Source: an uncultured bacterium (lineage in GTDB: Bacteria > Verrucomicrobiota > Verrucomicrobiia > Limisphaerales > UBA8199). From it: a DNA stretch of 64,000 nucleotides. The DNA lies in NCBI GenBank assembly GCA_963749495.1, contig CAVVMW010000008.1, forward strand, positions 192,001 to 256,000, given 5' to 3'. Position 1 is the first letter of the stretch; each line of letters starts with the position of its first letter. Below are positions 8,444 through 18,069 of this stretch, one piece after another. Position numbers and translations under genes: made by a program. The notes below the pieces were generated by a model. That model was not told where the DNA came from. It was given only the letters and a program-made list of their open reading frames with translations, and ran no database searches.

Positions 8444-9829
8444 ATGCGCATCCTGTTTTCCTGGCTTTCCAAGGTCGTTTGCCTCCAGGCGCTGGTCTTC
8501 TCGGCGGCGGGCGAGGATTGGCCGCAGTGGATGGGGCCGGGCCGTGACGGGGTCTGGCGCGAGAGTGGGATCATCGAGCGGTTCCCCTCCAACGGCCCGC
8601 CGGTCCTGTGGCGAGTGCCCATCCATCCCAGCTACTCAGGTCCGGCGGTGGCCGACGGCAGGCTCTTTGTCCTGGACCGCCCCCCGGCAGCTCAGGGCCA
8701 GGCCGGGCCGGAAGGGCCGGCACAGGCAGTGCCGTCCGCGCCCGCGTCGCCATCGGCTTCCCCTGCGTCCGCGAGCGAGCGTGTGTTGTGCCTGGATGCC
8801 CGGACCGGCCAGGTCATCTGGGAACATGCCTATCCTTGCCCCTATAACATCGGCTATGGCGAGGGCCCGCGAACCACGCCCGCGGTCGCCCGCGGCCGGG
8901 TCTATACCCTGGGCGCCATGGGAGACCTGCTCTGCCTCGACGCGGAGCGCGGCCAGGTCATCTGGTCGCGCCAGTTCATGCAGGATTTCAAGCTGAGCCG
9001 CCCGCCGGTGTGGGGCTGGGCCAGCCATCCGCTGCTGGACGGCGAGCGCCTCATCTGCATGGTCGGCGGGACCAACAGCGCCGTGGTTGCCTTCCACAAA
9101 GACACCGGCCGGGAAATTTGGCGGGCCCTGACGGCGGTCGAGATCGGCTACGCGCCGCCGACGCTCTACACCATCGCCGGCCGGCGGCAGTTGATTATCT
9201 GGCACCCGGACGGGGTCAACGGCCTGGAACCGGAAACCGGCAACGTCCTATGGTCGCACCCATACCCCGTCGGCGGCAAACCCCAACGCCCCGAGGTCAC
9301 CATCGCCATGCCGCGGCTGGAGGGCGGCCGCTTGTTCCTGACCTGTTTTTACCAGGGTTCATTGCTCCTGCAACTGGCGCCCGACGGCCCAAAGGTGGTC
9401 TGGAACCGGCGCAGCACCAGCGATTCGGAGATGAATGACGGCCTGCACTCGGTCCTGGGCACGCCGATCTTCCGAGATGGCTTCATCTACGGCTTCTGCG
9501 GCTTGGGCGAATTGCGCTGCCTGGATGCCAGGAGCGGCAACCGCAAATGGCAGACCTACGCCCCAACGGTGGGCAAACAGGCATTCTTCGGCAATGCCTT
9601 CATGACCGAGCACCGGGACCGCACCTTCCTCTATAACGACCAGGGCGAACTCGTTATCGCCAGACTGCGTCCCGAGGGCTACGAGGAGATCAGCCGCGCC
9701 AAATTGCTCGAGCCCCTGGAGAAGACCCGCGGCCGCATTGTCACCTGGTGCCACCCGGCTTACGCCAATCGCTGCGCCTACGTCCACAACGGCAAGGAGT
9801 TGATCTGCGTCTCGCTTGCCGCGCCCTGA
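8444..9829 (+). CDS. PQQ-binding-like beta-propeller protein (BamB-like), secreted
   Basis: Signal peptide then EDWPQWMGPGRDG, repeated LCLDA.TG..IW units, HPAYAN tail. Confidence 0.92.
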   Translation: MRILFSWLSKVVCLQALVFSAAGEDWPQWMGPGRDGVWRESGIIERFPSNGPPVLWRVPIHPSYSGPAVADGRLFVLDRPPAAQGQAGPEGPAQAVPSAPASPSASPASASERVLCLDARTGQVIWEHAYPCPYNIGYGEGPRTTPAVARGRVYTLGAMGDLLCLDAERGQVIWSRQFMQDFKLSRPPVWGWASHPLLDGERLICMVGGTNSAVVAFHKDTGREIWRALTAVEIGYAPPTLYTIAGRRQLIIWHPDGVNGLEPETGNVLWSHPYPVGGKPQRPEVTIAMPRLEGGRLFLTCFYQGSLLLQLAPDGPKVVWNRRSTSDSEMNDGLHSVLGTPIFRDGFIYGFCGLGELRCLDARSGNRKWQTYAPTVGKQAFFGNAFMTEHRDRTFLYNDQGELVIARLRPEGYEEISRAKLLEPLEKTRGRIVTWCHPAYANRCAYVHNGKELICVSLAAP

Positions 9830-10042
9830 GCGGCCACACGCGAAACCTCGGAGCGCAACTGCCCGTCCGACCGGTCAGATGCGCCCGCGTTCGGCTCGAT
9901 CGCGCCGCGCTGTCGTTTCGGAGGCCGCATAGTGCCTCCTTTCAATTCTGTCACCACGACTGGTGACTGGTGCCAATGTTTCCGATTCCCATTGACTCAG
10001 CGGCCAATTTTGGCCATGTTGTGCTGGATCGAATGTGAATTT

Positions 10043-10375
10043 ATGAGCGTGATCCGGGTTCAAGCCCAAATCCAATGGAATGCGTTCCGTGACCCTTCTA
10101 ATGAATTCTGGGTGGCGGTGTGCGAGCCCTTGAAGCTTACGGTCCAAGGTGAAACGTGGTCCGTCCTGGTGGAGAGCATCTCCGACACGCTCGACATCAT
10201 TCTGACCGATCTGGTGAAAACCGGGACCTTCGAGCGTTTCATGGAAACCCACGGATGGAAGATTCAAACCCCGCTTCCCGCCAATACGAATAGGTTACGC
10301 TTCGACGTTCCATTTGAAGTGAGGCGCCGGAATCCCAACTATGTCCACCATCCCGAGGGAGCACTTTGTCAATAA
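10043..10375 (+). CDS. HicB-like antitoxin-domain protein
   Basis: WVAVCEPLKLTVQGETW..L.ESI matches the HicB N-terminal pattern. Confidence 0.6.
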   Translation: MSVIRVQAQIQWNAFRDPSNEFWVAVCEPLKLTVQGETWSVLVESISDTLDIILTDLVKTGTFERFMETHGWKIQTPLPANTNRLRFDVPFEVRRRNPNYVHHPEGALCQ

Positions 10376-10562
10376 ACTCCGCAGCCTCGGATACTCATTT
10401 CACGACAGGACAAAAAGGGTTGAGGTTTATAAGAAGGGCATTGATTACGTCTCGATTCCAACCCATAAGAAGGTCTGCGAATTGACTGTAAGGCACATCC
10501 TCAGGCAGTGCGGCTGTTCAGAACCTGAAATCGCTGATTTCCTCCACTGCGCTGAAACCTGA
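10341..10562 (+). CDS. HicA-like toxin (divergent)
   Basis: 73 aa; F..KLRSLGY..YKK..VSIPTH..TVRHILRQ.G pattern. Confidence 0.6.
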   Translation: MSTIPREHFVNKLRSLGYSFHDRTKRVEVYKKGIDYVSIPTHKKVCELTVRHILRQCGCSEPEIADFLHCAET

Positions 10563-10651
10563 TCCCGCGCCGTCTCCAGCTTCGCCGAAAGCCGGCCAGC
10601 GTCTGAATGACAGGGCAGCCTTCAAATTAGGACACGGCTTTTTTCCCCTGC

Positions 10652-10679
10652 TTGACACGGGCAGATTCGCTGTTACTCT
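10652..10679 (+). promoter_or_regulatory. Sigma70-type promoter candidate for the rpmH operon
   Basis: TTGACA-16 nt-TACTCT with a TGn extension, about 85 nt upstream of rpmH. Confidence 0.55.
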
Positions 10680-10763
10680 CTCGCGTTCCGATTCCGGAGC
10701 GTTTCCTGACGAGGCGTCCAAGAGAACCGACGCGATGCGGCGGGTGCGAACCGAAGAGAGCCT

Positions 10764-10901
10764 ATGAAGCGACAATATCAGCCGTCGAAGATACGCCGCA
10801 AACGGCAGCACGGGTTTTTGAGCCGCAACTCGAAGAAGAGCGGCCGGGCTATTCTGCGCCGCCGACGCCGGATGGGGCGGCAGCGTCTGACGCCGGTCTA
10901 A
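10764..10901 (+). CDS. rpmH: 50S ribosomal protein L34 (absent from the ORF track)
   Basis: Manual translation [45 protein letters not shown]; canonical position before rnpA. Confidence 0.97.
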   Translation: MKRQYQPSKIRRKRQHGFLSRNSKKSGRAILRRRRRMGRQRLTPV

Positions 10902-10915
10902 GCGGGGGCTGGCCC

Positions 10916-11296
10916 ATGGCCGGAGCGGCGGGACAGCGGTTGCGTTTCGGACGGGCGGCGCGCCTCAAGCAGGGCCGGGATTTCACCCGGCTCAAGCAGG
11001 GCGGAGAGCGGCTGGCGTGCGGATGCCTGATAGCCAATTGGCAGGAATTGGCGGCGGAGTCGTCCTCGCGCCTGGGGGTGATAGCGGGGGGCAGGATCGG
11101 CGGCGCGGTGGTGCGCAACCGGGCGCGGCGGCTGCTCCGGGAATCGTTCCGGCGGCACCAGCACGACCTGGCGCGGCCGCTCGACCTGGTGCTGGTGGCG
11201 CGCCCCTCGATTGTCGGCAAGGGCTTTGCCGACGTGGAACGGGATTTTTTGACAACGCTGCGGAAAGCGAGATTGTTGAAGCGGTCGAGTGGATGA
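10916..11296 (+). CDS. rnpA: Ribonuclease P protein component
   Basis: [22 protein letters not shown] (RNR motif); synteny. Confidence 0.95.
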   Translation: MAGAAGQRLRFGRAARLKQGRDFTRLKQGGERLACGCLIANWQELAAESSSRLGVIAGGRIGGAVVRNRARRLLRESFRRHQHDLARPLDLVLVARPSIVGKGFADVERDFLTTLRKARLLKRSSG

Positions 11297-11760
11297 AACG
11301 GGTGAATGCGGCTCAATACATCCTGGTCTTGGGCGTGCGCCTGTATCGCCGGGTGATTTCCCCGGCCAAGGCGCTCTTGTTTGGTCCGCTGGCGGGCTGC
11401 CGTTTCACGCCCAGTTGCTCGGAATACGCCATCGAGTCCATCCGCGCGCACGGGGCCCTGGCGGGGACATGGCTGGCCCTGAAGCGGATTGGCCGCTGCC
11501 ATCCCTGGGGCGGCTGCGGCTGGGACCCCGTCCCGGCGCCCATCACCAGGGACCTCCGAAGCCCGCAAGGTTTTGGACTGCGGCAGTCCTCTGCCGCTTT
11601 CGCTTCGCCCTCCCCAGGGGTCCGGAAAAGCGGCAGAGGACTGCCGCAGTCCAGAACGCTTCGCGCGCCAGGGACACGCGTCCGGTTCATAGGCAAGTGT
11701 CGAGGTTCAGAGGTCCGCAGCGCGAAAAGCTCCTTCCGGCGCATTCTTGAAAGGCCATAA
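11293..11760 (+). CDS. yidD: Membrane protein insertion efficiency factor, C-terminus extended by a REP
   Basis: [26 protein letters not shown]. Confidence 0.93.
   Translation: MKRVNAAQYILVLGVRLYRRVISPAKALLFGPLAGCRFTPSCSEYAIESIRAHGALAGTWLALKRIGRCHPWGGCGWDPVPAPITRDLRSPQGFGLRQSSAAFASPSPGVRKSGRGLPQSRTLRAPGTRVRFIGKCRGSEVRSAKSSFRRILERP
11557..11666. repeat. REP-like palindrome, family R (copy 2, inside the yidD ORF)
   Basis: TTTTGGACTGCGGCAGTCCTCTGCCGCTTT..AAAGCGGCAGAGGACTGCCGCAGTCCAGAA. Confidence 0.92.
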
Positions 11761-11765
11761 TCAGC

Positions 11766-13580
11766 ATGGATCGCCAATCAACTATTGTCATCGTCATCTG
11801 TTTCCTCCTGTTCATGCTCTGGTCGTTGGTGCTGGTCCCCAAACTCTACCCGACAAAGCCCTTGCCGCCCGGCCAGACCAACGCCACGGAAATGGCAGAG
11901 TCGCCCACCAACCTTGGCCCCACCGCGCCGCCCGCGCCAGGGCAAGTCGAGGCCCCCGCGCCCGCACCGCTCGCAGCCTCGACCCTGGTCCTCAACACCA
12001 ACCAACCCGAGCAGTTGATCCAGGCCACCAACGCCAACGCGCGCTATACTTTCACCTCCTATGGCGGCGGGTTGAAGCTGGTCGAGTTGCTGCAGTTCCG
12101 GGAGACCAACTCGACGCGGCTGGACCAAACGGTCCTGACCAACCGCCCGGCCATGCTCGACGATCACACCCCGGCGCCGACGCTGGCGTTGCTGGACGGG
12201 GCCACGGTGCAGGGCGACGGCATCTTCACACTCACCAGGACGACCAACGGGGTGCGGGCGGAGAAGACGCTCACCAACGGGCTGAGTATCGTCAAGGAGT
12301 TCGAGCTGGGTTCGAATTACCTGGTGGTGGCCACGGTGCGGCTGGAGAACCGCTCGGAGCGGCCGCTGGAATTGCCGCCGCAACAGTGGTTTGTGGGGCT
12401 GGCCACCCCCATGGGCCCCGATGACAGGGGGGCAGCGGTGGGAGTCATGTGGTATAATGGCGCCAAAACCGCGGACGTGGGGCCCAGCTATTTTTCCTCG
12501 CGCGGATTTGCCTGCACGCCGCGCATCCCGCGGACCGAATATCTGGCCGGGGCCGGCAACGTGGTCTGGGTGGCGGCGCACAACCAGTACTTCACGCTGG
12601 CGGTGATGTGCCCGCCGCAGCAGCCGGCGCAGGCCCTAGTGGTACACCCCATGGAACTGCCGCGTCCCACGGGGCAAGAGGCGGCCATGCTGGCCACCAA
12701 CGCGCCGGCGCCCCAAGGCTGCGCAGCGGCCATGATCTACCCGGGGCAGAGCCTGGGTGTCAAACAGAGCATCGAGCGCCGCATCTTCCTCTACGCCGGC
12801 CCCAAGAAATACCAGACCCTGGCCCAGATCGGGGAGCGGTTCGGGAACAACCTCGATTTGATCATGGACTTCGGCTGGTCGGGCTTTGTCTCCAAGGCGC
12901 TGTTGCTGGGCATGAACTGGCTGCACGCGATCTTCTGGATTTCTTACGGCTGGGCGGTGGTCGGGATTACCATCATCATCAAGGTGGTCTTCTGGCCCCT
13001 GACCCAGGCCAGCACCCGTTCGATGAAGCGCATGCAGGCCCTCCAGCCCCAGATCAAGGCCCTCCAGCAAAAATTCAAGGAAGACCCCGTCAAGATGCAG
13101 CGCAAGATGATGGAGTTCTATAAGGAGCACAAGGTCAGCCCCATGAGCGGCTGTTTCCCCATGCTCATCCAGATCCCGGTCTTCTTCGGCTTCTACCGCA
13201 TGCTCGCCAGCGCCATCGAACTGCGCGGCGCCCATTGGCTCTGGGTCAAGGACCTGGCCAAGCCGGACACCATCGCCGTCATCCCGGGCCTGGGCCTGCC
13301 CCTGAACCCGCTGCCGCTCATCATGGGCGTCACCATGCTCTGGCAGGCCCAACTCACTCCCCCCTCTCCCGGCATGGACCCCACCCAGGCCAAGCTCATG
13401 CGCTACCTGCCCCTCATCTTCATCCTGACCTTCTACAACCTCTCCTCCGGCCTGACCCTCTACTGGACCGTCAACAACCTCTTGAGCATCGCCCAGACCA
13501 AGCTGGTCAAAACCACGGGCACCACCTCCCCGCCCACAACAGGTCCAGTATTGACGCCGCCCCCAAAAAAGAGGAAATAA
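11766..13580 (+). CDS. yidC: Membrane protein insertase YidC
   Basis: N-terminal TM, YAGPK, DFGW, GCFPMLIQIPVF, GLTLYW. Confidence 0.97.
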   Translation: MDRQSTIVIVICFLLFMLWSLVLVPKLYPTKPLPPGQTNATEMAESPTNLGPTAPPAPGQVEAPAPAPLAASTLVLNTNQPEQLIQATNANARYTFTSYGGGLKLVELLQFRETNSTRLDQTVLTNRPAMLDDHTPAPTLALLDGATVQGDGIFTLTRTTNGVRAEKTLTNGLSIVKEFELGSNYLVVATVRLENRSERPLELPPQQWFVGLATPMGPDDRGAAVGVMWYNGAKTADVGPSYFSSRGFACTPRIPRTEYLAGAGNVVWVAAHNQYFTLAVMCPPQQPAQALVVHPMELPRPTGQEAAMLATNAPAPQGCAAAMIYPGQSLGVKQSIERRIFLYAGPKKYQTLAQIGERFGNNLDLIMDFGWSGFVSKALLLGMNWLHAIFWISYGWAVVGITIIIKVVFWPLTQASTRSMKRMQALQPQIKALQQKFKEDPVKMQRKMMEFYKEHKVSPMSGCFPMLIQIPVFFGFYRMLASAIELRGAHWLWVKDLAKPDTIAVIPGLGLPLNPLPLIMGVTMLWQAQLTPPSPGMDPTQAKLMRYLPLIFILTFYNLSSGLTLYWTVNNLLSIAQTKLVKTTGTTSPPTTGPVLTPPPKKRK

Positions 13581-13649
13581 ACCGCCGGCTGACTGGATGC
13601 CGGATCCATCAATCACCATGTCTTAAACATCAACCAACTCACGACAGTT

Positions 13650-14099
13650 ATGCCCGCAGAACCTAAAGCGACATTGGAAACCCTCCTCCACGACCTGGGT
13701 TTCGACGCCACCGTCGAAGAGCATCACCTCGAAGAAGGCATTCTGCTCGATGTCAAAACCGAGGATTCCGGCCGCCTCATCGGCCGCCAGGGCCAGACCT
13801 TGTCCGATCTCCAGTACATCACCAACCGCCTGCTCTTCCAGCAGGATTCCTCCGCCCCCAAAGTCATGGTCGATGTCAGCGGCTATCGCGCCCAGGCCCG
13901 CGAGGCGCTGGTCAAAAAGGCCAAGGAAGCCGCCGAAAAAGTCCGCCGCTGGGGCGATGTAGTCGAACTGGAGCCGCTCAGCGCCTTCGACCGCCGCATC
14001 ATCCACCAGGCCCTCAAGGACGACCCCAGCATCGAAACTCACAGCGTCGAGGTCCAGGGCACGGACAAGAAGGCCATCCTGCTCCGGCCAAGGCATTAG
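13650..14099 (+). CDS. jag: Jag/KhpB-like KH-R3H RNA-binding protein (short form)
   Basis: GRLIGRQGQTL (KH), RRIIH (R3H); follows yidC. Confidence 0.88.
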   Translation: MPAEPKATLETLLHDLGFDATVEEHHLEEGILLDVKTEDSGRLIGRQGQTLSDLQYITNRLLFQQDSSAPKVMVDVSGYRAQAREALVKKAKEAAEKVRRWGDVVELEPLSAFDRRIIHQALKDDPSIETHSVEVQGTDKKAILLRPRH

Positions 14100-14298
14100 A
14101 GGGGCGAGGGGCGAGGGGCGAGGGACGAGGGGCGAGGGGCGAGGGACGAGCCGAGCCGAAGCCCGCAAGGTTTTGGCGTCGGCGCGGGGTGAGGGGCAAA
14201 GGGCGGGCGTTCACACGATGTTGCCAAATACCAACCCGCGCCCCCACCGGTCCCCTCGCCCCTCGCCCCTCGCCCCTCGCCCCTCGCCCCTCGCCCCT
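14100..14298. repeat. Inverted heptamer pair (AGGGGCG)n ... (CGCCCCT)n
   Basis: Arms at 14100-14150 and 14252-14298; the spacer holds a truncated family-R end. Confidence 0.95.
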
Positions 14299-14349
14299 CT
14301 CTGCACTTGTGGTGGAGCAAGGGCGCGTGGTATCCTTGAGCGCAGTCAG

Positions 14350-15354
14350 ATGAGTGCCAGTGACAAGCTGAAGATGGTGACCTGCGCCGGATGCGAGAGC
14401 AAGGCCTTCATTCCGGGCGACCTGCCCCCGCTGGCTTCGGTCCCGTGCAACAAGTGCGGGCACCCGATCATGATGCCGATGCAGTTGCGGCAGTTCGAGC
14501 TGCGCAGCAAGATCGCCTCCGGCGGACAGGGCAAGGTCTATCGCGCCTTTGACATCGTCCTGCAGCGCCTGGTCGCCGTCAAGCTCATGCGCAAGGAACT
14601 GGAGAGCGACCCGGTGGCCCTGGAGAGCTTCTACCGCGAGGCGCGCGCCTGCGCCTCCCTCAACCATACGAACATCATCCACATCTACACCTTCGATGAG
14701 TTCGAAGGCCAGCGCTACCTGGTGATGGAACTGGCCGACCGCGGCAGCCTGGACACCCGCATCGAGAAACAACAGCGCCTGGGCGAACTGGAGGTCCTGG
14801 ATATCGGCATCAAGATCGCCTCCGCCCTCGACCTGGCCCTCAAACACAACCTCCTGCACCGCGACATCAAACCGGGCAACATCCTCTTCAACGCCGACAA
14901 CGAACCCAAGCTGGTCGATTTCGGCCTGGCCCGCAGCCCCGATGCCCAGCCCGAATCGTCCGCCGTCACCGAGGGCACACCCTATTACGTTGCCCCGGAG
15001 AAAATCAAGCGCGAGCCCGAAACCGCCCTCTCGGACATGTACAGCCTCGGCTGCACCCTCTATCACGCCCTGACCGGCCATGTCCCCTTCGAAGCCCCTA
15101 CCGTCGAGGAACTGGTTGCCGCCCACGTCCACACACCCCTGACCCCGCCCAACCTCGTGGTCCCCGAGATCACCCAGCCCACCAGCGATGCCCTGGTGCG
15201 CGTGCTGGCAAAAAACCCCGCCGAGCGGTTCCTCAGCTACGACGAGTTCCGCATGGCCTTCGAACTGGCCCGCAGCCAATGGCTCATCCAGCACTCGACC
15301 CGGCCCCCGCCCAACAAAGGGAGCAAGAGCCGAACCAGTTGGTGGCGGCGGTGA
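14350..15354 (+). CDS. Hanks-type Ser/Thr kinase with N-terminal zinc ribbon
   Basis: CxxC..CxxC, VAVK, HRDIKPGN, DFG, APE. Confidence 0.95.
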   Translation: MSASDKLKMVTCAGCESKAFIPGDLPPLASVPCNKCGHPIMMPMQLRQFELRSKIASGGQGKVYRAFDIVLQRLVAVKLMRKELESDPVALESFYREARACASLNHTNIIHIYTFDEFEGQRYLVMELADRGSLDTRIEKQQRLGELEVLDIGIKIASALDLALKHNLLHRDIKPGNILFNADNEPKLVDFGLARSPDAQPESSAVTEGTPYYVAPEKIKREPETALSDMYSLGCTLYHALTGHVPFEAPTVEELVAAHVHTPLTPPNLVVPEITQPTSDALVRVLAKNPAERFLSYDEFRMAFELARSQWLIQHSTRPPPNKGSKSRTSWWRR

Positions 15355-15359
15355 GGACT

Positions 15360-15471
15360 GAATGACGAATGACGAATGACCAATGACGAATGCCCAAAAG
15401 GCACACCCACCCTCCGGTTTTGCCATTCGTCATTCGTCATTCGTCATTCGTCATTCGTCATTCGTCATTCG
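15360..15471. repeat. Inverted heptamer pair (AATGACG)n ... (CGTCATT)n
   Basis: Between the convergent kinase and AAA genes. Confidence 0.95.
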
Positions 15472-15517
15472 GGAAACTCCTGTCCATTCGATTGAAGCGG
15501 CACTCCCCCCCCGGCGC

Positions 15518-17329
15518 TCACAGCCTGCCCACGCGCAGGCGCAGCCGGCTGAACTCCTCCAGGAGCGCGGCGCGGTCGGCGGCCCGGTATTGGTCCGGCA
15601 GATAGCGCCGGTCCGAGCAGGCCAGGACGGCGGCCAGCTCCTGCAGGCGGAGCAGGTGGGGATCGAGCGGGTCGATGAATCGAGCCACGGCCTCCTCCAG
15701 GTCGCTGCGCTGCACGTCATTGTCGCGGGTGGCCAGCACCGCGCGTTCCTTGGCCCGGATGAGAATGGATTCGACGTCGCTGCCGGTCAGGGGCAGCGCG
15801 CCGAGGTTCTCGCGGATGTAGGCGAGGATGGGCTCGCCAAGGGGGATTTTGCGGACCTGCGCCACGGTCGAGAACAATTCGAGGACGTCCTGCTGGCCCT
15901 GGGCGGGAAAGAGCGGGATGCAAAGGCCAAAGCGGCCCTGCCGTTTCATGTCGATGGCCAGCAGGTCCGGCCTGGATGTCATGGCCACCCAAAGCTCGCG
16001 CCCGCGCAACGTGGCATCGCCGATGTGCGCGGCAAAGGCGGCAAACACGCGCCCCGAGACGCCGCTGTCGCCCTCCGCCTCGCGCGTGCCAAAGACCGCA
16101 TCGGCCTCGTCCACCACCACGATCACCGGGCCGAGGGCGCGGATAGTCAGCAGGACGCGCATCTGCTGCCGCTCGGTGTCCCCAACCCATTTCGAGCGGA
16201 ACTCGCCCATTTCCATCACCGGCAGGGCGCATTCGCTGGCAAAACAATCGATGAGAAAGGATTTGCCGACGCCGACGCGGCCTGGGACCAGAACGCCGCG
16301 TTCGATGACGTCGGTCTTGCCGCCTTTGATGAGCCAGGCCAATTCGCGCAGCCGTTTCTTGGCGGCGGCGTGCGTGGCCACCCGGTCCAGGCTCACCCCC
16401 GGCTTGGGGTCTTTGAACCGGACCAACCCCTGGCAGTACTCCTCGATGAGGCGCTTCTTGCCGGCGGTCAGCAGGTCCTGGGTCACGCGCAGGCCGTTGC
16501 GGACGGCCTCGGCCAGGAAATGCCGGATGCGCAGCAGGCTCAGCCCCGCCGTGCGCGCCGCCAGTTCTTCCGGCGAGAAATCGCTCCAGTCCGCGAAGGG
16601 GCGTCCGCCCGCCATCGCCTCGGCCCAGCCCGATTGCAGGAACCGGAGCCGCTCCTCGGCGTCGGGCAAATCGATGCGCGTCTGCGCCACATAAGGGTTT
16701 TGCAGCAGGCGCGCGCTCAGCTCGTCCGCCGATTCGCTCAGCAGGATGACCCCGACATCGAGCCTGGCCATTTCGGGCGCCGCCGCCCACTTGAGGAACG
16801 TCACCAGGTTCAACCGCTCCTCGACGCTGGCGTTGGCCTCTTCGCACGCCGGGATCAGCTTCTCCGGGTAATCGATGACCAGCGTGACCCCGCGCCACTT
16901 CTCCTGCTCCTGGGCCACCCGCGTGAAAAACCGCCGCAGCACCGGCGCCAGCCGCACGAAATCGCGCGGCGGGCCCTGCTCGTGAAAATTCGTGCCTTCG
17001 ACGCTGTCATAGATCGAGAGCCAATCGAAAAAGCGCTTCTGCATCTCGCTCGACCCGAAAGTCAGGCCGTCGCTGATGTCGTAAAAGAGCAGGCAGACGC
17101 GCTCCGGGAAAAACCGCCGCACCAGGAAGGTCCTTAGCGGCACATACTGGAGGTTCCCATTGTCCTGGACGGGAAAGAGGTCATAAATGTCGCCGTGCAG
17201 GACGAACAGCGAGTAAGTGCCCCCGTTCCAGCGCCGCGCCAGGTCGAGGGCCCACCCTCGCAACGGCAGACGAGTTTGGGCTGCATTTGCTTGGGGCGGA
17301 CTTGGAGTGCTCGAATCAGGTGCGCTCAT
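15518..17329 (-). CDS. AAA+ ATPase (Ycf46/SpoVK-like)
   Basis: Walker A GRVGVGKS, SKWVGD, Walker B VVVDEAD, RQGRF. Confidence 0.88.
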   Translation of the reverse strand: MSAPDSSTPSPPQANAAQTRLPLRGWALDLARRWNGGTYSLFVLHGDIYDLFPVQDNGNLQYVPLRTFLVRRFFPERVCLLFYDISDGLTFGSSEMQKRFFDWLSIYDSVEGTNFHEQGPPRDFVRLAPVLRRFFTRVAQEQEKWRGVTLVIDYPEKLIPACEEANASVEERLNLVTFLKWAAAPEMARLDVGVILLSESADELSARLLQNPYVAQTRIDLPDAEERLRFLQSGWAEAMAGGRPFADWSDFSPEELAARTAGLSLLRIRHFLAEAVRNGLRVTQDLLTAGKKRLIEEYCQGLVRFKDPKPGVSLDRVATHAAAKKRLRELAWLIKGGKTDVIERGVLVPGRVGVGKSFLIDCFASECALPVMEMGEFRSKWVGDTERQQMRVLLTIRALGPVIVVVDEADAVFGTREAEGDSGVSGRVFAAFAAHIGDATLRGRELWVAMTSRPDLLAIDMKRQGRFGLCIPLFPAQGQQDVLELFSTVAQVRKIPLGEPILAYIRENLGALPLTGSDVESILIRAKERAVLATRDNDVQRSDLEEAVARFIDPLDPHLLRLQELAAVLACSDRRYLPDQYRAADRAALLEEFSRLRLRVGRL

Positions 17330-17440
17330 GGCCCCAAGACTATCGGGCCTGCTGCGCCATGACAAGCCTGACAGAGGTCTTCCAGGCGAGAGCGCCGCAA
17401 CGGGCCAAAAGACTCGCCCCCTGAAGGAGATGATTGCCAG

Positions 17441-17677
17441 TCAGCGCGCCACCGGGTCGAACGGGCGAGCATGATGGATCTCATTGCGCGAAAGCGGGCG
17501 GATTTGAGCGGCGGAAACTCTCGTGATCGCAACTGTCCAACCGTCGAAGGTGGTGAACTCAACCATGTAACTGTTGCCGCCCTTATAAGCGTGAAGCACC
17601 GCGCCTACGTCCCCCGCCGTCAGCCCATGTTCCGGCAGATTCACGGTCAGTGCCACGCAATCGAGTTCAGTAATCAT
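17441..17677 (-). CDS. DUF4926-like protein
   Basis: ELDCVAL..LPEHGL.AGDVGAV..Y.VEF. Confidence 0.8.
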   Translation of the reverse strand: MITELDCVALTVNLPEHGLTAGDVGAVLHAYKGGNSYMVEFTTFDGWTVAITRVSAAQIRPLSRNEIHHARPFDPVAR

Positions 17678-18012
17678 GCTTCCAAAGGATACGCGGTGAT
17701 GAAGCGTGGGGCAAGCTCCCCGGTTTCCATCAGCCAAATCGTCCGTACGCGCGGTAGGCGTCCCGAAGGGGTCTTCATTCTGCCCTCGACGAGGTAAGTG
17801 ACGCCGTCGGCGTCTTCTAACGCCTCGGAGACCGGGTTCTCCTGCGCGTGCGCTCGTAACGCCGCGGCCAGCTCCTCCCATTGTTCACGCTGAAAGCCAA
17901 AGTGAATAAAAAACCTCGCTTTCCCGTGGCCAATCGGATGATCGAGCTGTAACAAATAACCCTCAACTTTGCTGCGCAGGACGATGGCAGATTCGGCGCG
18001 TGGTAGTTTCAT
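17674..18012 (-). CDS. DUF6883-like putative toxin/RNase
   Basis: MKLP.AE.A....K..GYLL..HP.G.GKARFF..PRFITAYP; coupled to the DUF4926-like gene. Confidence 0.75.
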   Translation of the reverse strand: MKLPRAESAIVLRSKVEGYLLQLDHPIGHGKARFFIHFGFQREQWEELAAALRAHAQENPVSEALEDADGVTYLVEGRMKTPSGRLPRVRTIWLMETGELAPRFITAYPLEA

Positions 18013-18069
18013 GTTTTGCCTGGTAGCAAGAGCTTCGATCTGGTCTGGGCGGGGCACGATCCGGCTGCC

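Noticed and set aside
10562..10764. oriC next to rpmH
   Set aside because: No dnaA/dnaN, no DnaA-box cluster seen and no AT-rich unwinding element; recF lies alone about 28 kb away.
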